Source of the DNA: an uncultured Actinomycetota bacterium | GTDB lineage: Bacteria > Actinomycetota > Actinomycetes > JAHEKZ01 | Direction of reading: 5' to 3' | DNA: 64,000 bases | Assembly: GCA_963829525.1 (NCBI GenBank) | Contig: CAWHIJ010000003.1 | Span: 2,587,211-2,651,210 of the forward strand | Part shown: piece by piece, positions 49,346-60,512 of the stretch | How the letters are laid out: every line of letters starts with the position of its first letter | How positions within the stretch are numbered: position 1 is the stretch's first letter | Position numbers and translations under genes: made by a program | The notes under the pieces: model-generated | Database searches by the model: none | What the model was told of the DNA's origin: nothing | Seen by the model: the letters and a program-made list of their open reading frames with translations, nothing else

Positions 49346-50812
49346 ATGACGAAGCCACTCCCATCGGCCCCGCTGTTCACCTCCGCAGAACTTCCCGAGC
49401 GGGCTCTCTCAGCGGCCGAACAGGTCGATCATCTACTGGGCAAGCGCGGTGAGGTCGACCATCGGGGCCCCGAGCTGAACACCATGATCGAGCTCAACCC
49501 TGATGCGATGGAAACCGCCATGGAGCGCGATGCCGAGGCACGCGACGGAGTCGCCCGTGGACCACTCCATGGTCTCGCCATGGCTGTCAAGGACAACATC
49601 GATACCGCAGACGCGATGCTCACCACTGCGGGATCGCTGGCCCTCACCGAAACTCGTCCAAGCCAGGACGCAGCGCTGGTTGCGAGGCTGCGCGACGCCG
49701 GCCTCGTCGTGCTGGGCAAGGCCAACATGAGTGAGTGGGCCAACATGCGGTCGCCGCACTCGAGCAGTGGCTGGAGCGCCAGGGGCGGACTCACGCGCAA
49801 CCCCTGGGACCCGATGCGCAGCGCCGGCGGGTCCTCGTCAGGTTCGGCGGCGGCTATCTCAGCGGGCGTCGTCCCACTCGCCATCGGCACCGAGACCGAC
49901 GGGTCGATCATCTGCCCCGCCAGCTACAACGGTGTTGTGGGCATCAAGCCGACGGTCGGTCTGCTGCCGACCGACGGCATCATCCCGATCTCGCACAGCC
50001 AGGACACGCCGGGACCGATCGCTCGATCCGTGCGGCTCGTTGCGTCGTTGCTCGACGCGATGGCCGGCACTGATCACTTCCTCGCTGGATGCGACAACGT
50101 GAAACTCGGTGGCGTGCGTGTCGGCGTCGTGCGCGACCACTTCGGTGCACACGCTGCAGCCGACGGCGTCACCGAAACCGCGGTCTCGCTTCTGGCTGCG
50201 GCAGGAGCGACCGTCGTCGACGGCGTACCGGCAGTCTCTTTTCCCGACCCGCCGAGTGAAGACGACGACGAGTACCTGAAGGTGCTTCTCTTCGAGCTTC
50301 AGCACGATCTCACCGCGTACCTGGCCGGCCGTCCGCCTGGGGGCCCACGAACGCTCGCCGAGATCGTCACCTTCAACCGCGCCAACGCCGACACCGAGCT
50401 GCAGTGGTTCGGGCAGGAATATCTCGAGCGCGCGGCCGAGCTCCCCGGCCTCGACGCAGCCGAGTACCGAGCTGCCCGAGCCAACACGCTGCGAGCGGCT
50501 CGTAAGGACGGCCTGGACGCCTCTTTCGGCAACCACGACGTTGACGTCCTGGTGGCGCCGGCCTTCCCGCCCGCCGCGATGAACGACCTCGTTCTTGGTG
50601 ACCCGGCCGGTCCGGGCGGCGACTGCACCACCGCCCCTGCCATCGCGGGCTACCCGATCATGAGTGTGCCGATCGGTTTCGTTCACGGGCTCCCTGTTGG
50701 GCTGGCAATCACTGGTCCGGCCAACAGCGAGGCACTTCTCCTCCGCGTCGCACGCACACTGGAAACGAGACTTGGACTGCTCGACGACGGCGCGCTGGTT
50801 CCGCCGCTGTGA
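49346..50812 (+). CDS. Amidase (amidase-signature family)
   Basis: [10 protein letters not shown] and a Ser-cisSer-Lys signature region. Start placed at MTKPLP. Confidence 0.85.
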   Translation: MTKPLPSAPLFTSAELPERALSAAEQVDHLLGKRGEVDHRGPELNTMIELNPDAMETAMERDAEARDGVARGPLHGLAMAVKDNIDTADAMLTTAGSLALTETRPSQDAALVARLRDAGLVVLGKANMSEWANMRSPHSSSGWSARGGLTRNPWDPMRSAGGSSSGSAAAISAGVVPLAIGTETDGSIICPASYNGVVGIKPTVGLLPTDGIIPISHSQDTPGPIARSVRLVASLLDAMAGTDHFLAGCDNVKLGGVRVGVVRDHFGAHAAADGVTETAVSLLAAAGATVVDGVPAVSFPDPPSEDDDEYLKVLLFELQHDLTAYLAGRPPGGPRTLAEIVTFNRANADTELQWFGQEYLERAAELPGLDAAEYRAARANTLRAARKDGLDASFGNHDVDVLVAPAFPPAAMNDLVLGDPAGPGGDCTTAPAIAGYPIMSVPIGFVHGLPVGLAITGPANSEALLLRVARTLETRLGLLDDGALVPPL

Positions 50813-50818
50813 CCTCGT

Positions 50819-52200
50819 CTAGCTGCGCAGGTGCAGCTGACGGGCAGCCTCAGACACCGAACCCGACAAGGAGGGGTAGATCGTGAAGGCGTCGGCCACT
50901 TGGTCGACGTTCAATCCAAGACGCACCGCGAGCGACACCGGGTAGATCAGCTCGCTGGCGCGCGGCGCCACCACGACTCCCCCGATGACGATCCCGGTAC
51001 CAACGCGACAGAAGAGCTTGACGAACCCGTCGTGGAACTCTTGCATCTTCGCTCTGGCGTTGGTGGCCAGCGGCAGCTTCACCTGCGCCGCGTTCACCTC
51101 GCCGCTGTCGATCTGTCGTTGGGTGACACCAACGGTCGCAATCTCGGGGTCGGTGAAAACGTTGCTGGAAACGACTGACAGGTCCAGTGGTTGGACGGCC
51201 TCGCCGAGCGCGTGTTTCATGGCAATCCGACCCTGCATGGCGGCTACCGACGCAAGCATCAGCACGCCGGTGCAGTCGCCGGCCGCGTAGACGCCGCGGG
51301 CATTGGTACGAGAGACGCGGTCAATCTTGATGAAGCCTGCGTCATCCACATCGACCCCGGACTCCTTGAGCCCGATCCCATCGGTGTTCGGCCGCGATCC
51401 CACCGCCATCAGCACGTGCGTCCCTGTCACCGTGCGGCCATCCTTCAGCTCGACCGCCACGCCGTCCTCGGTACGAGACGCCGCCACAGCTCTCGACTCC
51501 GACAGCACTCTCATTCCTCGCCGCGCAAACACCTCTTCGAGAACCAACGCCGCGTCGGCGTCCTCGCCGGGCAGCACCCGGTCGCGGGATGAAACCAGCG
51601 TCACCTGCGAGCCAAGCGCCTGGTAGGCACCGGCGAACTCCGCTCCCGTGACACCCGAGCCGACCACGATCAACTCGGCGGGAAGCTCACTGAGGTCGTA
51701 GAGCTGGGTCCAGCTCAGGATTCGCTCTCCATCGGGCCGCGCGGACTCGAGCTCGCGCGGATGGGCGCCAGTGGCGACCAGGATCGCATCAGCCGGCAAC
51801 ACCTCCGCGCCGCCGGCAGTGAGCTCCGCGACGACCCGATTGGGCCCGTCCAACCGCCCCACCCCACGCACCACGCGCACGCCATCAGCTTCGAGGTGCG
51901 CCTCGACGTCTGCCGACTGAGCGGTCGCCAACGATTTCAGCCGGCTGTTGACGACCGCGAGATCGACGCCAACTTCGCCGTCAAAGCGGACGCCCAAGGC
52001 TCGGGAGTCGTTCACCTCGTCCATCACATCGGCGACCGTGATGAGGGCCTTGCTCGGGACGACGTCGGTCAGCACCGCCGACCCACCAAGTCCGTCGCGG
52101 TCGACCAGTGTGACCTCGGCTCCCACCTGAGCAGCCACCAGCGCTGCCTCGTAGCCTCCGGGGCCGCCGCCGATGATCACCATTTTCGCCACGGCCGACA
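50819..52200 (-). CDS. FAD-dependent pyridine-nucleotide-disulfide oxidoreductase, class I (Lpd-like, NAD(P)H dehydrogenase-type)
   Basis: VIIGGGPGGY FAD motif and an NAD-binding GxGxxG. No clear redox-active CxxxxC, so it resembles M. tuberculosis LpdA-type enzymes. Confidence 0.75.
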
Positions 52201-52253
52201 TTCTGGCGCACAGATCACCAGAACCGTCCGGCGCGGCCCCTACGCTCATCGCC

Positions 52254-52703
52254 ATGGCCCTCTACGCCGCCTATGGCAGCAACATGGATCCGCGGCAGAT
52301 GGCCGATCGTGCACCCCATTCCCCGCTGGCTGGAACCGGCTGGCTCGACGGGTGGAGGTTGACGTTCGGCGGCGAGGACCTCGGCTGGGAAGGCGCCCTC
52401 GCCACCGTCGTCGAAGAGGCCGGATCGCAGGTATTCACCGTCCTCTACGACCTGACAGAGCTCGACGAGCACGCCCTTGACGCCTGGGAGGGGGCCCTCG
52501 GCATTTACGACAAGATCCGGGTCAGGATCTCGACCTTGGACGGCGACAAGCTCGCATGGCTCTACGTGCTCAACGCCTACGAGGGCGGCCTGCCGTCGGC
52601 ACGCTACCTGGGGATCATGGCCGACGCGGCCGAGAACGCTGGCGCCCCTGACGACTACGTCCGCGACCTTCGGACGAGGACCTGCCGCAACATCGGGCCA
52701 TGA
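52254..52703 (+). CDS. Gamma-glutamylcyclotransferase (AIG2-like) family protein
   Basis: YGSNM N-terminal motif. Start placed at MALYAAYGSNM. Confidence 0.7.
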   Translation: MALYAAYGSNMDPRQMADRAPHSPLAGTGWLDGWRLTFGGEDLGWEGALATVVEEAGSQVFTVLYDLTELDEHALDAWEGALGIYDKIRVRISTLDGDKLAWLYVLNAYEGGLPSARYLGIMADAAENAGAPDDYVRDLRTRTCRNIGP

Positions 52704-52755
52704 TGGGGGACGATTCGGACTCAACCTCCCGCCAGTTTCGCCCGATAGGCACACC

Positions 52756-53193
52756 ATGGGAGTTGCACCGCGTGACGACGTCCGCATCATCAGGCCAGCC
52801 GCCATCCTCGACGAGCGGGCAGCTAATCGCGTCCTCGACGAGCTCAAGCGCCTCGACATCGGTGCTGGCGGCGTCTGGAACGCCACCTCATCGCTGTGGC
52901 AACGCTACGACACGCCCTGGGATGGAGTGGGCGGGCTCCGTGGTAACGCGCGTTTGCTCGGATCCATCGCTGTCATGTACGACGCTCCCAACCGCCACCA
53001 GATCACCATCTACAAGGTGACGGTGACGCCCTTCGGTCTCGAGAGCAACTGGAGTGTGGAGTCCCTCGTCGACGATGCGCTGACCTGGGCCGGACTTACC
53101 CTCGCCACCTGCCCAAGGGCCGAGCTCGGCGACCCTCCCCGTCGTGACCCGTTCAAGTCGGCCGGCATGGTCGGCGCTCCGCCCAAGGCCTAG
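52756..53193 (+). CDS. Hypothetical protein (~145 aa)
   Basis: Coding-like composition in frame 52477..53193 from the MGVAPRDD start. No recognisable family. Confidence 0.4.
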   Translation: MGVAPRDDVRIIRPAAILDERAANRVLDELKRLDIGAGGVWNATSSLWQRYDTPWDGVGGLRGNARLLGSIAVMYDAPNRHQITIYKVTVTPFGLESNWSVESLVDDALTWAGLTLATCPRAELGDPPRRDPFKSAGMVGAPPKA

Positions 53194-53226
53194 AGCTCAC
53201 ATGCCGCCGGTGTACTTCCGGTGGAA

Positions 53227-54477
53227 CTAGCGGCGCGCCTGCGAGAGATCGAGCAGCGCAACAGCAGCGAGCATGCGAACTCCCACATCGATAGCGCGCT
53301 CATCGACGTCGAAGGTTCCCTGATGCAGGTCTCCTCCACCCAGTGTCCCCGGCACCTGGACCCCCAACCGGAAAAGCGCCCCGGGAGCATGCGGTAGGTA
53401 CCACGCGAAATCCTCGCCGCCCAGACTCTGCTCAACGGTCTCGACGCAACCCTCACCCAGCAGCGACCTGGCAACTGTCTCGATGAGTCGGACCGACGCT
53501 GCGTCGTTGATCACCGGAGGAACCCCACGCGTGTAGTCGACACTCACGTCGACCCCATAGGCCACTGCGACATCTCGGACAGCCCGGGACACGACTTCTT
53601 CGGCGTTCTCCCACACCAACGCATCCAACGAGCGCACAGTTCCGGCAATTTCACCGTTCTGGGGGATCGCATTGGCCGCGCCCCCAGCGCGAACCGTCCC
53701 CCAAACGACCGAGAGCCCGGCCCTAGGGTCCACACGACGCGACAGGATCGAGGGGACATCGGTGACGATCTTGGCCAAGGCGTAGACCAGGTCGCCGGTG
53801 AGGTGGGGGCGCGCGGTGTGGCCACCATCGCTGTTCAAGACCACCCGGAGGTGGTCGCTGCTCCCCGTGATCGGCCCGATGCGGACGCCGATGCCACCCA
53901 TGTCCTGACGTGGATCGCAGTGCAGAGCCAGGATCCGGTCGACCCCGTCCAGCACCCCTGCCTCGATGACGTCGAGGGCACCCCCCGGCATCGACTCTTC
54001 CGCCGGCTGGAAGATCAGCCGCACCCGTCCCTTGAACTCGCGACGGTTGGCCAGCTCGGCCAGGACAACCCCAACGCCGATCAGGACCGCCGCGTGGACG
54101 TCGTGCCCGCAGGCGTGACAGACGCCAGGTACCGTCGACCGGTAGGAGAGCCCGGCCTTCTCGTCATCGATCGGCAACGCGTCGATGTCGGCGCGGAGCG
54201 CCACGGTGCGGGGGCCATGGCCGATGTCGCAGACCACCCCGGAACCACCAGGAAGCACGCTCGGTGACAGCCCGGCAGCGGCAAGGCGGTCATGAATGAT
54301 CGTGGTGGTGCGCACCTCCTGGCGACCGAGCTCTGGGTGGGCGTGAAGATCGCGACGGATCTCGATCAGCTCATCGGAAATCTTGGCCACCAGATCGGTG
54401 AGCTCGCCACCGAGGTGGTCGAGGTCGAGCTCCTGGTCTGCCACGGGGTCGAGGCTAGACGGTCCGGTAGCCCTCAT
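53227..54477 (-). CDS. M20-family amidohydrolase (hippurate hydrolase / N-acyl-amino-acid amidohydrolase-like)
   Basis: Metal-binding HACGHD motif and an M20D dimerisation domain. Confidence 0.85.
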   Translation of the reverse strand: MRATGPSSLDPVADQELDLDHLGGELTDLVAKISDELIEIRRDLHAHPELGRQEVRTTTIIHDRLAAAGLSPSVLPGGSGVVCDIGHGPRTVALRADIDALPIDDEKAGLSYRSTVPGVCHACGHDVHAAVLIGVGVVLAELANRREFKGRVRLIFQPAEESMPGGALDVIEAGVLDGVDRILALHCDPRQDMGGIGVRIGPITGSSDHLRVVLNSDGGHTARPHLTGDLVYALAKIVTDVPSILSRRVDPRAGLSVVWGTVRAGGAANAIPQNGEIAGTVRSLDALVWENAEEVVSRAVRDVAVAYGVDVSVDYTRGVPPVINDAASVRLIETVARSLLGEGCVETVEQSLGGEDFAWYLPHAPGALFRLGVQVPGTLGGGDLHQGTFDVDERAIDVGVRMLAAVALLDLSQARR

Positions 54478-54494
54478 GGCCTACTTCGCCCTCA

Positions 54495-56210
54495 TCAGAA
54501 TGAGTCAACCGGCTGGTAAACGCCCCAGACCGCACGGAGCGCGTCACTTACCTCGCCGACAGTGGCCCTGGCACGCAGCGCCTCGCGCATCGGGTAGAGC
54601 ACGTTGGCCTCCCCCGACGCGGCAGCGGTGACCTCACTCAACCAGCGGTCGACCGCTGCCTGGTCCCGGTCAGCGCGCAGCTGATTCAGCCGTGCTCTTT
54701 GGTCGGCCTCGATCGTCGGGTCGACGCGGAGAGGCTCGTACGGTTCCTCGGTGTCGATCGCGAATCGGTTGACACCGACCACGACCCGCTCGCCATCGTC
54801 GATCTGAAGTGCGACGGCGTAGGCGCTCCGCTCGATCTCACCCTTCTGAAAGCCCCTTTCGATCGCGGCAACTGATCCGCCGAGCCGCTCCACACGCTCC
54901 ATCAGGTCGACAGCTGCCGCCTCGACCTCATCGGTCAGCGACTCAACGACGTACGATCCGGCGAAGGGGTCGACCGTGCTGGTGACGTCGGTTTCGTAGG
55001 CCAACACCTGCTGGGTTCGTAACGCCAGACGCGCGGCCTTCTCACTCGGCAGGGCCAGCGCCTCATCGAAGCTGTTGGTGTGCAGCGACTGCGTCCCACC
55101 GAGAACTGCTGCAAGCCCCTGCACGGCAACGCGTACGAGGTTGACCTCAGGCTGCTGCGCCGTCAACTGGACTCCAGCGGTCTGGGTGTGGAATCGCAGC
55201 ATCATCGACTTCGGGTTGGTCGCGCCGAACTCCTCGCGCATGATCTGGGCCCAGAGGCGTCGCGCGGCTCGGAACTTGGCCACCTCTTCGAGGATCGTCG
55301 TCCGGGATACGAAGAAGAAGGCCAGGCGAGGAGCGAAGTCGTCGACGTGCTGCCCCGTTGCGATCGCTGCACGTACGTACTCGACGCCGTTGGCGAGGGT
55401 GAACGCGATCTCCTGCGCGGGCGTAGCCCCCGCCTCAGCCATGTGGTAGCCAGAGATCGAGATGGTGTTCCACTGCGGAAGCTCCGCTTGGCAGTACTGG
55501 AAGATGTCGGTGATCAAGCGCAAGGACGCCGCGGGCGGGTAGATGTAGGTGCCGCGCGCAATGTACTCCTTGAGCACATCGTTCTGGATCGTGCCGCCAA
55601 GCTTGGTGGCGTCAACGCCCTGCTCCTCGGCAACCAGTTGGTACAGCAACAGCAGAACCGCGGCTGGTGCGTTGATGGTCATCGACGTGGTCACCTGGTC
55701 GAGCGGGATCTTGTCGAAGAGCACCCGCATGTCGTCGATCGAATCAATCGCGACACCGACCTTGCCGACCTCACCAGAGGCGACGGGATGATCAGAGTCG
55801 TACCCCATCTGGGTGGGAAGGTCGAAGGCGACCGACAGCCCAGTCGTGCCAGCTGCAAGCAACTGGTGGTACCGCTCGTTCGACTCCGCGGCCGTGCCGA
55901 ACCCGGCGTACTGACGCATCGTCCACGGCCGGCCCGTGTACATGCTCGGGTAGACACCACGGGTGAAGGGGAACTGCCCGGGAGCACCAAGCCGCTCGGC
56001 GGGATCCCAGGCAGCCAGAGTGTCTGGACCGTAGACCGGTTGGATCGCGAACCCCGACTCCGACTGTCGTGCCTCGCTCACTGCCGACTCCTGAGTGCCG
56101 CTGGTGTGCCACCCCGGTCCGGGTGCGCCCGGGTGCCAGCGTAGCGACCCGATCGACGAACGACCGCTGGGCTCAGAGGGGGAAACCGAATCGGCGCACC
56201 GCGTCTGCAT
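54495..56210 (-). CDS. Methylmalonyl-CoA mutase family protein, catalytic (substrate-binding) domain only; no B12-binding domain
   Basis: Strong similarity to the MCM alpha N-terminal TIM barrel ([26 protein letters not shown]). Ends at about 570 aa without the flavodoxin-like B12 domain. The upstream part of the listed ORF is antisense to mprA. Confidence 0.85.
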   Translation of the reverse strand: MQTRCADSVSPSEPSGRSSIGSLRWHPGAPGPGWHTSGTQESAVSEARQSESGFAIQPVYGPDTLAAWDPAERLGAPGQFPFTRGVYPSMYTGRPWTMRQYAGFGTAAESNERYHQLLAAGTTGLSVAFDLPTQMGYDSDHPVASGEVGKVGVAIDSIDDMRVLFDKIPLDQVTTSMTINAPAAVLLLLYQLVAEEQGVDATKLGGTIQNDVLKEYIARGTYIYPPAASLRLITDIFQYCQAELPQWNTISISGYHMAEAGATPAQEIAFTLANGVEYVRAAIATGQHVDDFAPRLAFFFVSRTTILEEVAKFRAARRLWAQIMREEFGATNPKSMMLRFHTQTAGVQLTAQQPEVNLVRVAVQGLAAVLGGTQSLHTNSFDEALALPSEKAARLALRTQQVLAYETDVTSTVDPFAGSYVVESLTDEVEAAAVDLMERVERLGGSVAAIERGFQKGEIERSAYAVALQIDDGERVVVGVNRFAIDTEEPYEPLRVDPTIEADQRARLNQLRADRDQAAVDRWLSEVTAAASGEANVLYPMREALRARATVGEVSDALRAVWGVYQPVDSF

Positions 56211-56390
56211 TCGGATCGAAGCCCTGCTCATCGGGAGGTGACTTTGGCACTGATTCGACCATGTCGTCGGGGCTGATGGGGTCCGGCAGGCGGCCGAACC
56301 GACGACGCCCTTCTTCGCGGGCCGGATCCTCGTCATCTGCGCGCTCAGCCATGAGATCACGGTACGCCCCGGGTGAGGAGAGTGCAGACT

Positions 56391-57089
56391 GTGCGCGTGC
56401 GCATCCTCATCGCCGACGACGACCCGGCCGTTCGTGAGTCGCTCCGCCGATCCCTGTCGTTCAACGGATACGAGGTCTCGCTCGCCTCTGACGGCAACGA
56501 GGCCCTGGCCGCCGCCGGCGACCCGGCCCCCGACCTCGTGCTGCTCGACGTGAACATGCCGGGGATCGACGGTCTGGAGGTGTGCCGACGCATCCGGGCG
56601 TCTGGCAACGACATCCCTGTCCTCATCCTGACGGCACGGGTCGAGGTTGGCGACCGCGTCCTGGGTCTGGACGCAGGCGCCGATGACTACCTGCCGAAAC
56701 CGTTCGCCCTCGAAGAGCTCCTGGCGCGCATCCGGGCCCTCCTTCGCCGGGCTCGGACGACCACGGCCGGCGAGCAGGCTGATGAGTCGCTCACCTTCAC
56801 TGATCTCACCATCGACCCTGCAACACGAACCGTGCAACGCGGGGAGCGGACGATCAGTCTCACCCGCACCGAGTTCGAGCTGCTCTGGGTGCTCATGCAG
56901 CGACCCCGACGTGTCCTGTCCCGCGAGCTCATCCTTGACGAGGTGTGGGGGTACGACTTCCCGACCTCGGCGAACTCACTGGAGGTGTACGTCGGCTACC
57001 TGCGCCGCAAGACCGAGGCCGAGGGCGAACCACGCCTGATCCATACCGTGCGTGGCGTTGGCTACGTCCTTCGTGAGGGAGAAGCGTGA
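56391..57089 (+). CDS. mprA: OmpR-family response regulator (MprA-like)
   Basis: REC plus winged-helix domains. The mprA-mprB-pepD gene order is conserved. Start at the GTG at 56391 (alternatively 56373 or 56397). Confidence 0.85.
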   Translation: MRVRILIADDDPAVRESLRRSLSFNGYEVSLASDGNEALAAAGDPAPDLVLLDVNMPGIDGLEVCRRIRASGNDIPVLILTARVEVGDRVLGLDAGADDYLPKPFALEELLARIRALLRRARTTTAGEQADESLTFTDLTIDPATRTVQRGERTISLTRTEFELLWVLMQRPRRVLSRELILDEVWGYDFPTSANSLEVYVGYLRRKTEAEGEPRLIHTVRGVGYVLREGEA

Positions 57090-58450
57090 CAGCGACCTCC
57101 GGCAGGGCAAAGCGCCGTCTCTCACTCCGCGCGCGCATTGCCGCCCTTGCTGCGGCGGCCGTGGCGATTGCAGTCGCGGTGACGACGCTCGGGATCTACC
57201 TCACCGTCCGCGCCCAGCTCTACGACCAGCTCGACAACGACCTGATCGCACGGGCACAGGCGGTGTACCGCGCCGCACCGAACCCAGAACAGATTGTCGT
57301 TCTGCCTGACGACGCGTTGGGGGACGCCAGAATCGCCGCGGTGACCGCCGACCGGCGCGCCTACCCGACCAAGAGCGGTGAGGTTCCGCCCCTGGGCGAC
57401 CCAGAAGTCGCGGTAGCAGCTGGAGAATCGCCCGAGTCGGTACGGACCGCGACCGAGGACGGCGAGAGCTACCGGGTGGTCGCCATACCGGCTGGGCCGG
57501 GAGTTGCTTTGGTCTTCGCCGCCTCGACCGACAGCGTCGACGAGACGTTGACCTACATCGGTTTCGTCTCACTGGTCGTCGGCCTGCTCGGCGTGGCCGC
57601 CGCTGCAACCGCTGGCTACGGCGTGGCACGCGCCGGCCTGGCACCGCTGCGCTCACTGACCGCGGCCACCGAACGCGTCGCGACGACGATGGACCTCACC
57701 CCCATCGAGTCGGTGCGCAACGACGAGATTGGGCGTCTCGCATCCAGTTTCAATGTGATGCTTGCCTCCCTGGCCGCGGCGCGTGAGCGTGAGCGCCAGC
57801 TCGTCGCCGATGCAGGGCACGAGCTGCGCACACCACTGACGTCCCTGCGCACCAACCTCGATCTCCTGGCGCAGGAAGGGGCATCGGGGCGATCGATCGA
57901 CCCGGACGACAGGTCAGCGCTGCTGACCGACGTCCGTGGGCAGATCGGCGAGCTCGGTCACCTGGTTGACGATCTCGTTCAGCTATCCCGTGGGGTTGAG
58001 CCGAGCAGCGCATGGGAGCCACTGGACCTCGCGGTCGTCGTGGCCGACGCCTTGGCTCGCGTACGACGACGAGCGCGTGACCTCAGCTTCGAGGTGGCGC
58101 TGACACCCTGGTGGGTGAACGGCGACGCCCCAGCGCTCAGCCGCGCCGTGACCAACTTGTTGGACAACGCTGTCAAGTGGAGCCCACCCGACGCCACGGT
58201 CATCGTCCAGCTTCACGAAGGAGTCCTGAGCGTCGCGGACAGCGGTCCCGGCATCACCCCGGAGGACCGTCCGCACATCTTCGACCGGTTCTACCGGGCC
58301 GACGGTGCCCGGTCCCAGCCGGGATCGGGTCTGGGGCTCGCGATCGTCGCCCAGGCCATCGCACAACACGGGGGCACGATCAGTGTCGGGGAGTCGCCGA
58401 CCGGCGGAGCGCGCTTCGATGTAGCGATCCCAGGGGCGTCGAAGTCTTAG
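57086..58450 (+). CDS. mprB: Sensor histidine kinase (MprB-like)
   Basis: Two TM helices, HAMP, H-box [11 protein letters not shown], HATPase_c. GTGA overlap with the mprA stop. Confidence 0.85.
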   Translation: MTATSGRAKRRLSLRARIAALAAAAVAIAVAVTTLGIYLTVRAQLYDQLDNDLIARAQAVYRAAPNPEQIVVLPDDALGDARIAAVTADRRAYPTKSGEVPPLGDPEVAVAAGESPESVRTATEDGESYRVVAIPAGPGVALVFAASTDSVDETLTYIGFVSLVVGLLGVAAAATAGYGVARAGLAPLRSLTAATERVATTMDLTPIESVRNDEIGRLASSFNVMLASLAAARERERQLVADAGHELRTPLTSLRTNLDLLAQEGASGRSIDPDDRSALLTDVRGQIGELGHLVDDLVQLSRGVEPSSAWEPLDLAVVVADALARVRRRARDLSFEVALTPWWVNGDAPALSRAVTNLLDNAVKWSPPDATVIVQLHEGVLSVADSGPGITPEDRPHIFDRFYRADGARSQPGSGLGLAIVAQAIAQHGGTISVGESPTGGARFDVAIPGASKS

Positions 58451-58457
58451 GTGGCCC

Positions 58458-59759
58458 ATGGTCTTCTCTCAGGCACCTCTCAGGCGGGTGCCCCAGCATG
58501 GATCCATGACCGACACCCACCCCACAGTCCCCCTGCCCAATGAGCCCGAGAGCGGCGCGCCGACCGATCCAGCCGACGCTGCGCCGTACACCGCGCCCAC
58601 AACAACCGTCCCCTTGCCGCCCCAGAACCTCTGGGCCCCACCTGCCCCCCAGGGCCCGCCCGCCAAGGCGGACCGGCGCCGCAGCGGTATCGGGGTCGTG
58701 CTCGTCACCAGTCTGCTTGCCGGTGCCCTCGGTGCCGGGCTCGGAGCCGGTGCCGTCATCGCTACGGACGACAACACCACGACGCCGACCACCACAACGG
58801 CCGGTGAGGTGGGGGGCGTCTCCACCACGACATTGCCCACCGGCAGTGTCGCCCGAGTCGCCGATATGGTCCTGCCCAGCGTTGTCTCCATCCAGTTCTC
58901 CGGCGCCCAGGGGGCCGGTTCTGGATCTGGAATCATCATTGACCAGTCTGGCCTGATCCTCACCAACAACCACGTCGTCGAAGGGGCGGCCGACGGCGGC
59001 TCGCTCAGCGTCGCGTTCCAGGACGGGACGTCGACCTCTGCGGAGATCGTCGGGCGTGACCCCAGTGCCGACATCGCGGTGATCCGCGTCGACGGAGTCG
59101 ACAACCTGCAGGCCGTCAAGCTCGGTTCCTCCGCGGACCTTCAGGTCGGCGAGACGGTTGTGGCGATCGGCTCGCCACTCGGGCTCAGCGGTACCGTCAC
59201 CACCGGAATCGTCAGCGCCAAGAACCGCCCAGTTCTTCCAGGAAGCGCCGCTGGTGACGAGTCGGTGCTCAACGCGATCCAGACCGACGCAGCCATCAAC
59301 CCCGGAAACTCCGGTGGCGCACTGGTGAACCTCAAGGGCGAGCTGGTCGGCGTGAACTCGGCGATCGCAACACTCGGGGCCTCCTCCGGAGCCCAGTCCG
59401 GCAGCATCGGGCTCGGCTTCGCGATTCCCATCGACCAGGCCAAGTGGATCTCTGACCAACTGATCGAAAACGGGTCAGCGCAGCACGCCCGCCTCGGAGT
59501 CTCGGTCGAGGCAGCTACCGGTGAGGTGCGCGGCGCAACGGTCAAGACCGTTGAGCCTGGAAGCACCGCCGACGACATCGGCCTCGAGGTCGGCGACGTC
59601 ATCACCGGTTTCGACACCCAAGCGATTGACTCCGCCGACTCGCTGGTCGCAGCTGTGCGCTCCGCCGAGCCGGGCACCACGGTGACCATCACCGTAGTTC
59701 GCGGTGGCGACACCAAGACCATGGACGCCACCCTTGTCGCGGACACGACGACCAGCTGA
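58458..59759 (+). CDS. pepD: HtrA/PepD-like trypsin-family serine protease with a PDZ domain
   Basis: Catalytic His (TNNHVV), Asp and Ser (GNSGGAL) motifs plus a C-terminal PDZ domain. Proline- and threonine-rich N-terminus with a TM segment. Confidence 0.85.
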   Translation: MVFSQAPLRRVPQHGSMTDTHPTVPLPNEPESGAPTDPADAAPYTAPTTTVPLPPQNLWAPPAPQGPPAKADRRRSGIGVVLVTSLLAGALGAGLGAGAVIATDDNTTTPTTTTAGEVGGVSTTTLPTGSVARVADMVLPSVVSIQFSGAQGAGSGSGIIIDQSGLILTNNHVVEGAADGGSLSVAFQDGTSTSAEIVGRDPSADIAVIRVDGVDNLQAVKLGSSADLQVGETVVAIGSPLGLSGTVTTGIVSAKNRPVLPGSAAGDESVLNAIQTDAAINPGNSGGALVNLKGELVGVNSAIATLGASSGAQSGSIGLGFAIPIDQAKWISDQLIENGSAQHARLGVSVEAATGEVRGATVKTVEPGSTADDIGLEVGDVITGFDTQAIDSADSLVAAVRSAEPGTTVTITVVRGGDTKTMDATLVADTTTS

Positions 59760-59863
59760 CCAGCTACCCCTTCCCCCGACTCCGGCCCGGGGCGGTCGCC
59801 TCCTCCCTCGACGGCGACCGCTCCGGGCTCGGACTGTCCGTGGGTGCCTCTACGCTCACGGAC

Positions 59864-60505
59864 ATGACGACGATCTGGCTGATCCGCCATGGTGAGGCAC
59901 ACGTCAACCAGCCCAATCCCGACGGCACCTATTCGCTCATCGATCGGCAGGGGCTGACCAAACGCGGCGTCGAGCAGGCCACGCTGCTTCGCGACCGCCT
60001 TGTTCGCGAAGACGTGAGGCCCGATGTCGTCATCACCAGCAGCTTTCCCCGGGCGCACCAGACCGCTTGCATCGTCGGCGAAGGGCTCGGCGTCGACCTG
60101 CAAGTTAGTCATGAGATCCAAGAGTGGCGACCGGGTGACGACGCCGAAGTGATCCCGATGGGCGAAGCCCTCGGGTCATGGAACAGGATCCTGGCCGGCC
60201 ACGACCACGATGTCCGGATCACCCCAGCATCGGAGTCCCACAACGAGTTTCTGTCGCGCGCTGACCGAGCCTTGGTCCAGATCGCTGACGACCACGCCGA
60301 CCGCACGGTGTTGGTCTTCACCCACGGCGGGATCATCGGCCGGTCGTTCGTGACCTTCCTCGACCTTCCCCCGCAACGTTCGTTGATAGGGATTCGCAGT
60401 CTGCACACGTCGATCACCGAGTGGCGCCGCACGGTCGAACTCGACCAGCCGACCTGGCAGCTCAACCGCTACAACGATGTCGCCCATCTCGATGCGACAC
60501 GCTGA
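59864..60505 (+). CDS. Histidine phosphatase family protein (phosphoglycerate mutase-like)
   Basis: RHGE catalytic motif in LIRHGEA. Start placed at MTTIWLIRHGE. Confidence 0.7.
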   Translation: MTTIWLIRHGEAHVNQPNPDGTYSLIDRQGLTKRGVEQATLLRDRLVREDVRPDVVITSSFPRAHQTACIVGEGLGVDLQVSHEIQEWRPGDDAEVIPMGEALGSWNRILAGHDHDVRITPASESHNEFLSRADRALVQIADDHADRTVLVFTHGGIIGRSFVTFLDLPPQRSLIGIRSLHTSITEWRRTVELDQPTWQLNRYNDVAHLDATR

Positions 60506-60512
60506 GGCCCGA

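Noticed and set aside
56231-56837. 5' extension of the methylmalonyl-CoA-mutase-like ORF to 56837
   Set aside because: Overlaps the divergent mprA coding region in antisense. Mutase-family similarity begins only around the Met at 56210.
58469-60121. 216-aa and 326-aa minus-strand ORFs across pepD and the phosphatase gene
   Set aside because: Antisense to the clearly conserved HtrA/PepD protease. No motifs.
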